A program made the translations under genes and the position numbers. The notes under the pieces were generated by a model, which saw only the letters and a program-made list of their open reading frames with translations, did not search any database and had not been told where the DNA came from. Positions 19,693 to 30,773 of a stretch of 64,000 nucleotides of DNA are shown here, piece by piece. Positions within the stretch are counted from its first letter, which is position 1, and every line of letters begins with the position of its first letter. The stretch spans positions 1,216,001-1,280,000 of the forward strand of contig OZ219856.1 of NCBI GenBank assembly GCA_964291395.2. The letters are read 5' to 3'. The stretch is from Alphaproteobacteria bacterium. Its GTDB lineage: Bacteria; Pseudomonadota; Alphaproteobacteria; UBA2966.

Positions 19693-22158
19693 TCACGGAT
19701 CCGTGCGTTGCCACCAGCCGCGCCGCCTGGGTCTGGCCTCCGACTCCTCGCCGGCGTCATCCCGAGAGACCATGGTCGAAGGCAGACCCTCGCTCGACGC
19801 TTCGAAGACCGGCTCGCCGGCGCCCGAATCGCTCACCACGTCCATCGGCTCGACGAGGATTGCTTCATCGTCAAACAGATCGGCCCGCGGCGCCATGCTG
19901 CCGCTCCCTTCCTCTTCATGCGAATCATCCGCCGCCTCGTCTTCGACGTAGGATTCCCGCGAACCGGATTGCTCTTCCATGGCGGCGTCTTCGCCTTCGA
20001 CCGTTCCCGGCACGGGCTTGTCGGCTTCTGCCGCAATGGCTTCGCGAGAGCCGTCCTTTGACACCTGTGTTGACGTCTCGGCGTCCTCTGGAGGTTGCTC
20101 CTCGGTAATGTCGGGATCCGCGGCCTCCGTTTCCGCACTCGCGCCGGCCTCTTCCTTCCGCCGCCGCCGCCGGCCACCGCGTCTTCCCCGGCGTCGGCGC
20201 TTCTTGGGGGCGTCCTCGGCGGTCTCTTCGTCTTCGACGACGGGGGACGACGGTCTGCTCTCGAGTTTCTCCTCCCCTTCTTCTTTGGCAGGGGCCGACC
20301 GGGTCGCGATGCGTTCGAGGCGATACTCCGGCGGACTCAGCGACTCATCGCTCTCCATGTTAACTCGGAGGTCGAAGCGTTCCTCCAGCGCAATGAGCGA
20401 TGGGCGTTTTTGATTGAGGATGTAAAGCGCCACCGCCGTGGCGACGTACACGGTGACCTCCGACGAACGGCCTTGAATGCCTTCCTCTTCGATGGCGTGC
20501 AGGACGTGCAGCGCCGACGATTCCGTCGACCTGATGACGCCTGCACCCTGACAGTGGGGGCAGGTTTCCGTGCTCGTCTCGACGAGGCTGGGTCGCAGGC
20601 GTTGTCGCGACATCTCCAGGAGCCCGAACGAGCTTATCCGTCCCACTTGAATGCGCGCTCGGTCCGACTTGAGGCAATCTTTGAGGCAGCGCTCAACCTT
20701 GCGCGCGTTGCGGTTCTCGTCCATGTCGATGAAATCGATGACGACCAAACCCGCGAGGTCTCGAAGGCGAAGTTGCCGCGCGATTTCCTCGGCAGCCTCC
20801 AGATTGGTCTTGAAGGCCGTTTCCTCGATGTTGCGCTCCCGCGTCGAGCGGCCGGAGTTCACGTCTACGGCGACCAGGGCCTCTGTCGTATTGATGACGA
20901 TATAGCCCCCCGATTTGAGCTGTACCGTCGGGCTATGCATCGACGAGAACTGTTCCTCGATCCGGTATCGCTGGAACAGCGGAATGCGGTCTTGATACGG
21001 CTGAACCCGCTTGGCGTGACTCGGCATCAGCATCTTCATGAAGGCCTTCGCCGACTTGTGGCTTTCGGCGCCGTCGACGAGGACCTCCGAGATGTCTTTC
21101 GTGTAGAGGTCGCGGATCGACCGCTTGATGATGTTGGCGTCTTCGTAGATGAGGCTGGGAGCCGTGCTGTTGAGGGTCAGGTCCCGTATGCTGCTCCAAA
21201 GGCGCAGCAGATATTCGAAGTCTCGCCTGATTTCCGCTTTGTTCCGGTTCTGACCGGCCGTGCGTACGATCAGGCGCATGCCGTCGGGCACATCCAGTCC
21301 CTCGATGATGCTACGCAGCTTCTTTCGGTCCGCGGCGTTCGTGATCTTGCGACTGATTCCTCCGCCGCGAGTCGAATTGGGCATCAGCACGCAGTACCGC
21401 CCGGCCAGCGAGAGATAGGTGGTGAGGGCGGCGCCCTTGTTGCCGCGCTCTTCCTTGACGACTTGCACCAACAGGATTTGTCGTCGCTTGATGACTTCCT
21501 GGACCTTGTAGCGTCGTGTCAGCTGCCTGCGCCACTCGTCCAGGTCCGCGATGCCTTCGTATCCCGTTCGCTCGGAGACATCATCATCATCGTCGTCTTC
21601 GTCGGCGGGCGCCCCGTAGTCCGCTTCGTCCTCGGCGGGCTCGGCGTCGTCCAAATCTTCTTCCGGGGCGGCGAGTTCCGCGCCTTCACCCTCGGGACCC
21701 GCCGCCTCTTCGGGGTCTTCGGCCGGTGCGGTTTCGTCCCCGGATTCACCTTCGTCGTCTTCGGTGCCGGCGTCCAGCTCGGCGTCGTCGCCCGCGTCAG
21801 CATCTTCATCCGCTTCGGATGCGCCGTCCGACTCGTCGGCCTCTTCATCGACACGATCCTGCGCGGTCTGGATGGCTGCCTGTTGTGCGAGGAGCGCCTC
21901 GCGGTCGGCGATCGGGATCTGGTAGTAGTCGGGATGAATGTCGCTGAATGCCAGGAAGCCGTGGCGGTTTCCGCCGTAGTCGACGAACGCGGCCTGCAGC
22001 GACGGTTCGACCCGCGTCACTTTGGCCAGATAGATGTTGCCTCTGAGCAGTTTCCGGGTCGCCGACTCCATATCGAATTCTTCGAGTCGTGACCCTTTCA
22101 CGACGACAACCCGGGTCTCCTCGGGGTGCGCCGCGTCGATGAGCATGCGCGTGGTCAT
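19693..22158 (-). CDS. rne: Ribonuclease E
   Basis: GNIYLAKVTRVEPSLQAAF, VDVNSG, IDFIDM, CPHC. Acidic S1 insertion, Arg-rich patch, C-terminal GWW. Confidence 0.96.
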   Translation of the reverse strand: MTTRMLIDAAHPEETRVVVVKGSRLEEFDMESATRKLLRGNIYLAKVTRVEPSLQAAFVDYGGNRHGFLAFSDIHPDYYQIPIADREALLAQQAAIQTAQDRVDEEADESDGASEADEDADAGDDAELDAGTEDDEGESGDETAPAEDPEEAAGPEGEGAELAAPEEDLDDAEPAEDEADYGAPADEDDDDDDVSERTGYEGIADLDEWRRQLTRRYKVQEVIKRRQILLVQVVKEERGNKGAALTTYLSLAGRYCVLMPNSTRGGGISRKITNAADRKKLRSIIEGLDVPDGMRLIVRTAGQNRNKAEIRRDFEYLLRLWSSIRDLTLNSTAPSLIYEDANIIKRSIRDLYTKDISEVLVDGAESHKSAKAFMKMLMPSHAKRVQPYQDRIPLFQRYRIEEQFSSMHSPTVQLKSGGYIVINTTEALVAVDVNSGRSTRERNIEETAFKTNLEAAEEIARQLRLRDLAGLVVIDFIDMDENRNARKVERCLKDCLKSDRARIQVGRISSFGLLEMSRQRLRPSLVETSTETCPHCQGAGVIRSTESSALHVLHAIEEEGIQGRSSEVTVYVATAVALYILNQKRPSLIALEERFDLRVNMESDESLSPPEYRLERIATRSAPAKEEGEEKLESRPSSPVVEDEETAEDAPKKRRRRGRRGGRRRRRKEEAGASAETEAADPDITEEQPPEDAETSTQVSKDGSREAIAAEADKPVPGTVEGEDAAMEEQSGSRESYVEDEAADDSHEEEGSGSMAPRADLFDDEAILVEPMDVVSDSGAGEPVFEASSEGLPSTMVSRDDAGEESEARPRRRGWWQRTDP

Positions 22159-22586
22159 GGGACCAACTCCGGGGCGGGGCGCCGTCGGCGCGAACGACAG
22201 CGCTTGCCGCCACTGTTTCGGGCGCCATCGGTCCGTCTCTTTCTACTCGCCTCGTGGTTCAGCGAGGAAATCTGCGGCCGCCGCCAATCACGGCTAGCCG
22301 GGGCCGGTGACGCGGTTTCCACTCGCCACCGCTTTGTCGTAAGCGCGGTCCGCCACAACCGAATCGAGCAATGCTGGTTTCGAATCCTGACGAGCTGCGC
22401 CGTCCACACCCTGGTCGGATGGGACCTCGACTGCGGTGTGTCGCGCGCGGTCATAATAGTCACAGGTTTGCGGTGGCGGGAAGAAAATTCGTGCGTGTTT
22501 CGTTGATACGATGGTTCTGCCTTTCAATGATGCGGCCGTACATGCCAATGTATAGATGTAGATGCCGTCTATCGGGATGTGACTAA

Positions 22587-23765
22587 ATGTTGGGCAGGAA
22601 AGCCTTCATATCGTTCTTGGCCGGTGTTTTGCTCAAATGCCATATCGCCGCTGCGGCGCAGCCCGCGGTGACGGCCGTAAGGATCGGAGAGCACGTCGGT
22701 CTCACCCGATTGGTTCTCGACGTGACCGAAAAGGTCGATTTTCACACGTTCACGCTGGCGGATCCCTATCGCGTGGTTGTCGACTTGTCTTCGCTCGATT
22801 GGCAGGTGGCGCCCAGTGAAGATGACCGAAAGGGCGTGATCGTAAGGCTCCGGTTCGGGCAGTTCAGGCGGGACACGTCCCGCATGGTGATCGAGGCGCT
22901 TGGTCCGGTGGAAGTCAAGCAGGCGTTCCTGCTTCCGCCTCAGGGAAACTGGACCTATCGCTTTGTCGTCGATCTTGCGCCCGTCGACGAGGCATCGTTC
23001 GTGAACTCGGTGGGCGCGCCGAAGAGGTTGGCCAGGCCGTTGGCCAAGCCATCTCCGTCGGAACCATCGCGGAAACCGGCCGTCAAGCGCATCGTCGTTC
23101 TCGATCCAGGCCACGGCGGAGTCGATCCTGGAGCCATTGGCGTGTCCGGAGTGTTCGAAAAGACCGTGACACTTTCCGCTGCCCGGGAATTAAGAAAAAT
23201 TCTCGAAAAAACAAATAGATATAAAGTCATCTTAACTCGGAATAGTGATAAATTCCTGCGCCTTCGTGATCGTGTGGCCGTTGCCCGCGACGTCGGCGCC
23301 GAGCTCTTCGTGTCCTTGCATGCGGACGCGATAAGGAGGCGGGGAGTCCGTGGCGCAAGTGTCTATACGCTGTCGGAAAAGGCATCCGACGCCGAAGCGG
23401 CCGAATTGGCCGCAAAGGAGAACAAGGCCGATCTCTTGGGCGGTGTGCAGCTGGAGGGTGAGAGCGAGGAGGTAACGTCCATTCTGATCGACCTCGTCCA
23501 GCGCGAGACCAAGAACCTGTCGGCCGGATTCGCGAACATCGTGCTGCCGGAGTTCCGCAAACGCGTGAGAACATTGCGCAACGGCCATCGGTTTGCGGGC
23601 TTCGCCGTCCTGAAGGCGCCGGACGTGCCTTCGGTGCTGGTGGAAATGGGTTATCTGTCCAATCGTCAGGACGAGCGCATGCTGTCGACGGCGCAAGGCC
23701 GGCGCCCCGTCCTGGAGGCGTTGGGCAAGGCGATTGATCGGTATTTTGCTGAAAACGGCGGTTGA
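22587..23765 (+). CDS. amiC: N-acetylmuramoyl-L-alanine amidase (AMIN + Amidase_3)
   Basis: LDPGHGGVDPGA, FVSLHAD, FAVLKAPDVPSVLVEMGYLSN. Confidence 0.92.
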   Translation: MLGRKAFISFLAGVLLKCHIAAAAQPAVTAVRIGEHVGLTRLVLDVTEKVDFHTFTLADPYRVVVDLSSLDWQVAPSEDDRKGVIVRLRFGQFRRDTSRMVIEALGPVEVKQAFLLPPQGNWTYRFVVDLAPVDEASFVNSVGAPKRLARPLAKPSPSEPSRKPAVKRIVVLDPGHGGVDPGAIGVSGVFEKTVTLSAARELRKILEKTNRYKVILTRNSDKFLRLRDRVAVARDVGAELFVSLHADAIRRRGVRGASVYTLSEKASDAEAAELAAKENKADLLGGVQLEGESEEVTSILIDLVQRETKNLSAGFANIVLPEFRKRVRTLRNGHRFAGFAVLKAPDVPSVLVEMGYLSNRQDERMLSTAQGRRPVLEALGKAIDRYFAENGG

Positions 23766-23873
23766 AATAGCCATATACGCGCCACAATTGCTGGCTACCG
23801 TCGGAATGACGTCGTCTATCGGTGGTCGTGGCGCCGAATGGGTTGAGTGGTCTGACGCGGGGGACCTCGGATC

Positions 23874-26279
23874 GTGACAAGGGCGATCGCCGCATTATTT
23901 ACCGGGTTGGTTCTGCTCGCCATCACCGGTGCGGGTGGGGTTCTGCTGGTGCTTTACCACTTCGGCCGGGGTCTCCCCGATTATCAGCAGTTGGCACACT
24001 ACGAGCCGCCGACCGTTACCAGGGTTCACGCCGGCGACGGCTCGCTGCTCGCCGAATACGCCCGCGAGAAGCGTGTGTTCGTGCCCGTTGCGGCCATCCC
24101 GAAACGGGTCATCCAGGCGTTTCTGGCGGCGGAAGACAAGACGTTCTACCGGCATTCCGGCGTCGACCTGCCCGGTATCCTCCGAGCCGTCGTCACGAAC
24201 GTCGTGAACTACACGACGAACCGGCGCCCCGTTGGCGCGTCGACCATCACCCAGCAGGTGGCGAAGAATTTCCTGCTGTCGAATGAACTCTCGGTCGAGC
24301 GCAAGATCAGGGAAGCGATCCTCGCCTTCCGCATCGAGCGGGCGTTCACCAAGGATCAAATCCTGGAGCTCTACCTCAACGAGATTTACCTGGGTTTCGG
24401 CTCTTACGGCGTGGCGGCCGCGGCGCTGAACTATTTCGACAGGCCGCTCGACGAGCTGACGCTGGCGGAAACTGCGTTCTTGGCTGCACTGCCAAAGGCA
24501 CCCAACAACTATCATCCGGTTCGCAACCGCAAGGCTGCGACCGCCCGTCGAAATTGGGTCCTCGGGCGAATGGCGGCCGACGGATTCATCGGTCCGACCG
24601 ACGCTGAATTCGCTGCGTCCCAGCCGCTGACCGTCCGCACGCGCAGCGAAACGCGGTTCGTGAGCGCCGAGTATTTCGCGGAAGAAGTGCGGCGGGTTCT
24701 CATGGCACGTTACGGGGAAGCCGGACTGTACGAGGGAGGTCTTTCCGTTCGCACGACTTTGAATCCCAGACTTCAGGATATCGCGCAAAAGGCCCTCCGC
24801 AGGGGCATCGAGGACTACGACCGTCGGCACGGATGGCGGGGACCGATTGATCATTTCAGGCCGCGTTTCGACTGGGCCGAACGGCTCGCCCGGGTCGAAC
24901 GGCCCTCCTATCCCGGAGATCATGAACTCGCGCTGGTTCTGGCTCACGACGAGCTGGGGGCGGATATCGGCTTCGCCTCGGGCGCACGCGGATACATCCC
25001 GATGGATGAGATGGCCTGGGCGCGCCCCTGGCGCGACGGGCAGCGCGTAGGCAAGAAGCCGGCCCGGCCCGGTCAGGTTGTCGGGGTCGGTGATGTCATT
25101 CCGGTGGTGCCGGCCGGCGACGGCTCTCCCGGGATCTATTCCCTGTCGCAGGTGCCTGACGTTGACGGTGCCATTATCGTCCTCGATCCGCATACCGGCC
25201 GGATTCTCGCCCTGGTCGGCGGCTACAGCTTCGAGGGGAGCGAATTCAATCGCGCGACGCAGGCGAGGCGCCAACCGGGTTCCGCGTTCAAGCCGTTCGT
25301 CTATGGGGCGGCGCTGGAGAACGGCTTTACGCCGTCGAGTCTGGTGCTCGACGCGCCGTTCGTGATCGATCAGGGGCCTGGTCGGGCTAAGTGGAAGCCC
25401 GCCAACTACACCAAGAGGTTTTACGGACCCAGTACCCTGCGTCTGGGTATCGAGAAGTCGAGGAACCTGATGACGGTTCGCTTGGCGCAGTTCATCGGCA
25501 TGGAGAGGGTCGTCGACTACGCCAGGCGGTTCGGGATCGTCGATGAGATGCCGGAGCTGTTGTCGATGGCGTTGGGCGCTGGTGAAACCACGCTTCTCCA
25601 GCTTACGACGGCATACGCGATGTTCGTGAACGGCGGCAAGAGGATCGTTCCGACGGTGCTCGACCGAATCCAGGACCGATACGGCAAAACCGTCTTTCGG
25701 CACGATACCCGGCCCTGCCCGGACTGTCGGAATGTCCGCTGGCACCGCCAGGCGGAGCCTGAGATTCCGGACACGCGGCCCCAGGTGATCGAGGCGTCAA
25801 CGGCGTACCAGGTGGTTTCAATGCTGCAAGGTGTCGTGCAGCGCGGTACCGGGCGCCGGCTCCGGGACGTGGGACGGCCGCTGGCGGGCAAGACGGGTAC
25901 CACCGACGACGCGTTCGACACGTGGTTCATTGGCTTCTCCCCCGACCTGGCCGTCGGGGTCTACGTGGGGTTCGACAGGCCGAAGTCTCTTGGCCCGCGT
26001 GAGCAAGGGGCGAGTGTCGCCGCACCCATTTTCAAGCAGTTCGTGTCGGAAGCGCTTGCCGGAGAACCCGTCATTCCCTTCCGCGTGCCACCGGGCATTC
26101 GTCTGGTGCGCGTCAACGCCCAAAGCGGTCTTCCGGCGCGCCCGGGCGAACGGAACGTCATTCTGGAAGCGTTCAGACCCGGTTCCGAGCCTGTCGGCCA
26201 GGGACCCGTTTTGGATGGTCCCGGTAGCTACGTGACGGATGAAGCCACGTTGCAGGCCGGCACGGGCGGCCTGTATTGA
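23874..26279 (+). CDS. mrcA: Penicillin-binding protein 1A
   Basis: AAEDKTFY, GASTITQQVAKN, QPGSAFKP, SRN, GKTGT. Confidence 0.95.
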   Translation: MTRAIAALFTGLVLLAITGAGGVLLVLYHFGRGLPDYQQLAHYEPPTVTRVHAGDGSLLAEYAREKRVFVPVAAIPKRVIQAFLAAEDKTFYRHSGVDLPGILRAVVTNVVNYTTNRRPVGASTITQQVAKNFLLSNELSVERKIREAILAFRIERAFTKDQILELYLNEIYLGFGSYGVAAAALNYFDRPLDELTLAETAFLAALPKAPNNYHPVRNRKAATARRNWVLGRMAADGFIGPTDAEFAASQPLTVRTRSETRFVSAEYFAEEVRRVLMARYGEAGLYEGGLSVRTTLNPRLQDIAQKALRRGIEDYDRRHGWRGPIDHFRPRFDWAERLARVERPSYPGDHELALVLAHDELGADIGFASGARGYIPMDEMAWARPWRDGQRVGKKPARPGQVVGVGDVIPVVPAGDGSPGIYSLSQVPDVDGAIIVLDPHTGRILALVGGYSFEGSEFNRATQARRQPGSAFKPFVYGAALENGFTPSSLVLDAPFVIDQGPGRAKWKPANYTKRFYGPSTLRLGIEKSRNLMTVRLAQFIGMERVVDYARRFGIVDEMPELLSMALGAGETTLLQLTTAYAMFVNGGKRIVPTVLDRIQDRYGKTVFRHDTRPCPDCRNVRWHRQAEPEIPDTRPQVIEASTAYQVVSMLQGVVQRGTGRRLRDVGRPLAGKTGTTDDAFDTWFIGFSPDLAVGVYVGFDRPKSLGPREQGASVAAPIFKQFVSEALAGEPVIPFRVPPGIRLVRVNAQSGLPARPGERNVILEAFRPGSEPVGQGPVLDGPGSYVTDEATLQAGTGGLY

Positions 26280-26354
26280 CCCGATAAGCGAGCCGGCGTA
26301 GCGTCGAATTCGCGTCATTCCGGCGCAAGCAAGTCTTGCCTTCACGAGGGTCCC

Positions 26355-27483
26355 GTGCGCGCTGACATGCAGGTCATGGTCGATCAGATCAAGCAGTCCA
26401 TGGAACTGCTGAGGAGGCGCCTTTGACTGGGACGCATCGCTAAAGCGCCTGGAGGAACTGAACGCGCTCGCCGAAGACGCGTCGCTGTGGGATGATCCCG
26501 AGCGCGCCCAGGCCACCATGCGTGAGCGGACTCGCCTGGACAACGCCATATCCCACTACCGGGCCCTCGAAACCGAACTCGCAGACGGTGTCGAACTGAT
26601 CGAGTTGGGTGAGGCGGAAGGTGATGATGACGTCGTCGCCGACGCCGAGTCGTCGATCTCGGAGCTGGCCGAGAAGGCCGATCGACTGCGCCTCGAAAGT
26701 TTGCTGTCGGGAGAGGCGGACGCCAACGACTCGTTCCTGGAGGTGCATGCCGGCGCCGGCGGGACGGAGTCGCAGGACTGGGCCGACATGCTCATGCGCA
26801 TGTACACGCGTTGGGCGGAAGCGCACGGCTACGAAGTCGAGTGGATCGAAGAGAGCCCGGGAGAGGAAGCGGGCATCAAGTCAGCCACCATCAGGGTGAC
26901 CGGCAGCAATGCGTTTGGATGGCTCAAGACGGAAAGCGGCGTGCATCGCCTGGTCCGGATATCGCCGTTCGATTCGAGCAGTCGCCGCCACACCAGTTTC
27001 GCAAGCGTCGGCGCTTATCCCGTCATCGACAAGGAGATCAGCGTCGAGGTCGAAGACAAGGATCTGAGGATCGATACCTACCGGGCCTCGGGGGCCGGCG
27101 GCCAGCACGTGAACCGCACGGACAGTGCCGTGCGCATCACGCACTTGCCGACGGGAATCGTCGTGCAATGCCAGAATGACCGCTCACAGCACAAGAATCG
27201 TGCCGCGGCCATGAAAATGCTCAAGGCCCGGCTCTACGAGCTCGAACTGCGCCGGCGCGAGGAGGAACGCCAGGCTGTCCATGACGCCAAGTCGGAGATC
27301 GGGTGGGGTCACCAGATCCGTTCCTACGTCTTGCAGCCCTACCAGATGGTCAAGGACTTGAGGACGGGCGTCGAAACCAGCAACACGAGTGCGGTTCTCG
27401 ATGGCGACCTCAACGAGTTCATGGCTGCGGCGCTGGCGGCGAAGCTTGGTGAAGCGACGCCTGCAGGAGAAGACCGGACGTGA
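26355..27483 (+). CDS. prfB: Peptide chain release factor 2 (programmed +1 frameshift)
   Basis: GTG start, 23 codons to CTT TGA C. The +1 frame has SPF and GGQ motifs. Confidence 0.97.
26412..26427 (+). promoter_or_regulatory. prfB frameshift signal
   Basis: AGGAGG-CGC-CTTTGAC. Confidence 0.95.
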
Positions 27484-27566
27484 CTGGCGGCCTTCGGTTT
27501 CGGGGATGGCGAGTTTTGTCGATAGACGTTCGCGCTGGCTGATTTGGTGACGGGAGGTTTGTCCTG

Positions 27567-28430
27567 ATGGCAAAAGGCATCGTCGATATGCGGTTCCGCC
27601 CGCCCATTCCTGAATGGGTCTCCGGCCCCACGTTTCGCACTGCCATGTGGTATCCGCGCAATACCACGACCATGCCGGGAGCAAGATCGGCCTGGGAAGA
27701 GTCGATGGATCTGCTGTTCGACGAAATGGACGAGGCCGGCGTGACGTGGGGCGTCATCATGGGCCGGGCGGCTTCCGGCCATCTGGGCGGGGTCGGCAAC
27801 GACGCAGTCGTTCGCGCGGTTGAAACCTGGTCCGACAGGTTCGTGGCGTTCCCGGGGGTCGATCTCGAGAATATCGAGTCGTCGCTCGCGGAAGCGCGGG
27901 AATTGGCCGGCCATCCGGGGATCAAGGGTCTGTCGATCGAGCCCGGCTCGAGCAAGACCCCGCGCTATTCGGATGATCCGGCGCTCGATCCCGTCTACGA
28001 GGCCTGTCTGGATTTGGGGTTGCCCGTGTCAATCTCGTTGAGCGGCCTGTTGAGCGCGCTCGCGGGGCACGACATCACCTGGTGCAGCCCGGTGCCCATC
28101 CAGCGCCTCGCGATGCGGCATCCCGATCTCAAGATCATCGTCTCGCACGCCTCCTGGCCCTACGCACACGAGATGGTGGCGATCGCCCTGTTTTGCCCGA
28201 ACGTCTACGTGTCTCCCGACCTGTACGTCGCGACCGCCAACATGCCGTGTCGCCAGACCTACGTCGACGCGGCGAACCTCTTTCTCGCCGGCCGGACGTT
28301 GTTCGGAACGGCCTATCCGACCCGGCCGCACCTCGAGGCCGTGCGCGACTTCCGTGATATGGGCTGGCGTCCGGAGATTGTCGCGGACCGCATTCTCTAC
28401 GACAACGCGGCGGAGCTTCTGGGACTCTGA
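27567..28430 (+). CDS. Amidohydrolase_2-fold protein with atypical ligand positions
   Basis: HPDLKIIVSHASWP, PNVYVSPDLY, LFGTAYP, ILYDNAAELLGL. Confidence 0.8.
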   Translation: MAKGIVDMRFRPPIPEWVSGPTFRTAMWYPRNTTTMPGARSAWEESMDLLFDEMDEAGVTWGVIMGRAASGHLGGVGNDAVVRAVETWSDRFVAFPGVDLENIESSLAEARELAGHPGIKGLSIEPGSSKTPRYSDDPALDPVYEACLDLGLPVSISLSGLLSALAGHDITWCSPVPIQRLAMRHPDLKIIVSHASWPYAHEMVAIALFCPNVYVSPDLYVATANMPCRQTYVDAANLFLAGRTLFGTAYPTRPHLEAVRDFRDMGWRPEIVADRILYDNAAELLGL

Positions 28431-28501
28431 CGTCCGGACGACCGCGAGCCAAGACGGGTCGGCCGTTCGACGACGCGATCGGTCTGGGAACGGAGGCTCT
28501 C

Positions 28502-29194
28502 TCAGGCGTCCGTCGCGTCGATGGCGTAGCCGACCGAGCGCACGGTGCGGATCAGTTCGGGATCGTCGGGTCCGTTCAGCGCCTTGCGCAGCCGCCGGAT
28601 GTGGACGTCGACCGTCCGCGGCTCGACCTCTTTGTCGATTCCCCATGCCATGTCGAGCAGTTGCTCGCGGGAATACACCCGTCGGGGACGTTCCATCAGG
28701 ACCCGCAGGAGGCGGAACTCCGTTGGGCCGAGCCGGATCTGGCGGCCGTCCCGCGTCACCCGATGTATCGTCAGATCCATCTCGACGCCGCCGTAGCGCA
28801 GAACCTCTTCGACCAGCGTCGGGGAGGAACGGCGCAACACGGCCCGCACGCGGGCGACGAGTTCGCTCGGTGAGAAGGGCTTGATCACATAGTCGTCGGC
28901 GCCGCTTTCCAGTCCCCGGATGCGGTCGCCCTCTTCGCCCCGGGCGGTAAGCATGACGATGGGAATACCACGGGTCTCCTTGCGGCGTCTCATCCGCCGG
29001 CAGATTTCGAGGCCCGACACGTGCGGCAGCATCCAATCGAGGATCACGAGGTCCGGAGACCGTTCGTCCAGCGCCAGAAGCGCTTCTTCGCCGTCAATGG
29101 CGATTTCCGTGCGAAACCCCTCTTTCTCGAGGTTGTACTTCAGAATTTCGACGAGGGCGTTTTCGTCCTCGACGATCAGAACGAGAGGATTCAT
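28502..29194 (-). CDS. phoB: Phosphate regulon response regulator
   Basis: LDWMLP, GADDYVIKPFS, LGPTEFRLL, RTVDVHIRRLRK; located in the pst operon. Confidence 0.96.
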   Translation of the reverse strand: MNPLVLIVEDENALVEILKYNLEKEGFRTEIAIDGEEALLALDERSPDLVILDWMLPHVSGLEICRRMRRRKETRGIPIVMLTARGEEGDRIRGLESGADDYVIKPFSPSELVARVRAVLRRSSPTLVEEVLRYGGVEMDLTIHRVTRDGRQIRLGPTEFRLLRVLMERPRRVYSREQLLDMAWGIDKEVEPRTVDVHIRRLRKALNGPDDPELIRTVRSVGYAIDATDA

Positions 29195-29925
29195 TTGCTC
29201 CCTTCTGCGCCGGCCGTCTTGGGCTCGACGACCACGACGCTCGACTCGTCGCCCTTTGGCCGTTCATCGGTGAACGTCTCGCCGGAAACCAGGAACTGAA
29301 CGTTCTCCGCGATATTCGTGGCGTGATCGCCGCAGCGCTCGATGTTTTTCGCCGCAAACAGCAGGTGGGTGCACGGGGTGATGTTTCTGGCGTCTTCCAT
29401 CATGTAGGTCAGCAGCTCGCGGAACAGGCTGGTATGGAGGGCGTCGACCTCTTCGTCACGTGCGATCACGTCACCCGCTTTCTCCAGGTCGCGCTCCACG
29501 TAGGCGTCGAGAACCGTCTTGATCATGGCCTGCACGAGCGCGGCCATGCGCCTCAGAGTGTGGACGGGTTCGAGCGGCGGGGTCTGCGTGAGCGGCCCGA
29601 TCCGCTTGGCGAGGTTCTTCGCGTGATCGCCGATGCGCTCGAGGTCCGAGGAGATCTTCAGAGCGACCACGATGGCTCGCAGGTCCTCGGCCATGGGCTG
29701 GCGCAGGGCAAGCAGCCGCACCGTCTGGGAGTCGACGTCATGCTCCAGCGAGTCGATGCGTTTGTCTTCCGCGATGACTCTGGCCGCCGCATCGACGTCG
29801 CGTCTGACGAGGGCCTGAATCGCTTCGGCCATCTGCGCCTCCGCGAGTCCGCCCATCTGCGCGATGGTGTTGTTCAGGAGGTTCAACTCCTCATCGAACG
29901 ACTTGACGATGTGTTCCGACGTCAT
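29191..29925 (-). CDS. phoU: Phosphate signalling protein PhoU
   Basis: ALRQPMAEDLR, DLERIGDHAKN, IERCGDHATNIAE. Confidence 0.96.
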   Translation of the reverse strand: MTSEHIVKSFDEELNLLNNTIAQMGGLAEAQMAEAIQALVRRDVDAAARVIAEDKRIDSLEHDVDSQTVRLLALRQPMAEDLRAIVVALKISSDLERIGDHAKNLAKRIGPLTQTPPLEPVHTLRRMAALVQAMIKTVLDAYVERDLEKAGDVIARDEEVDALHTSLFRELLTYMMEDARNITPCTHLLFAAKNIERCGDHATNIAENVQFLVSGETFTDERPKGDESSVVVVEPKTAGAEGSK

Positions 29926-29954
29926 GGATGGATCCTCCGCTCTCCGCCGCGCCG

Positions 29955-30770
29955 TTATCCGATCCGACCCGTGATGTAGGACTGGGTACGCTGGTCGTCG
30001 GGTGCCGTGAAGATCTGCTCGGTGTCCCCGAATTCCACGAGATCGCCCAGGTGGAAAAAGGCCGTTCGCTGCGAAACACGGGCGGCCTGTTGCATGGAGT
30101 GCGTAACGATGACGATCGTGAAGTTGTCACGCAGCTCGTCCATCAACTCCTCGATGCGGGCCGTCGCGATGGGGTCGAGGGCCGAGCATGGCTCGTCCAT
30201 CAGGATCACTTCGGGCTGCACCGCGATCGCCCGGGCGATGCAGAGCCGCTGCTGCTGACCGCCGGAGAGGCCCGTGCCCGGTTCGGACAATCGGTCCTTG
30301 ACCTCTCCGAGGAGTCCGGCCTTCTCCAGGCTGGTCATGACGATCTCGTCCAGTTCGTCGCGGCTGCTCGCCATTCCGTGGATCCTCGGTCCGTACGCGA
30401 CGTTGTCGTAGATCGACTTGGGAAACGGGTTCGGCTTCTGGAACACCATGCCGACGCGTGCGCGCAACTGCACGACGTCCATTTCATCGTCATAGATGTC
30501 TTCGCCATCCAGCAGGATACTGCCCGAGATGCGGCAGATATCGATCGTGTCGTTCATCCGGTTGAGGCACCGAATGAACGTGGACTTGCCGCACCCGGAC
30601 GGCCCGATGAGGGCAGTCACCCGATTGGTCTCGACAACGAGCGATACGGAATTCAGGGCCTGCTTCTCGCCGTAGAAGACATCGACGTTCCGGGAGACGA
30701 CCTTTGCATCCCGCTTGGCTCCGACCGGAGCGGTTTCCTTGGCTGTCACGGTATCTGTCGTGATGGACAT
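29955..30770 (-). CDS. pstB: Phosphate ABC transporter ATPase
   Basis: [35 protein letters not shown]. Confidence 0.97.
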   Translation of the reverse strand: MSITTDTVTAKETAPVGAKRDAKVVSRNVDVFYGEKQALNSVSLVVETNRVTALIGPSGCGKSTFIRCLNRMNDTIDICRISGSILLDGEDIYDDEMDVVQLRARVGMVFQKPNPFPKSIYDNVAYGPRIHGMASSRDELDEIVMTSLEKAGLLGEVKDRLSEPGTGLSGGQQQRLCIARAIAVQPEVILMDEPCSALDPIATARIEELMDELRDNFTIVIVTHSMQQAARVSQRTAFFHLGDLVEFGDTEQIFTAPDDQRTQSYITGRIG

Positions 30771-30773
30771 GAA

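Noticed and set aside
21540-21870. Long acidic low-complexity insert in RNase E
   Set aside because: An S1-domain insertion is a known alphaproteobacterial feature; it has no intein motifs.
26412-26427. In-frame stop in prfB
   Set aside because: Well-known programmed frameshift; neither a pseudogene nor novel.
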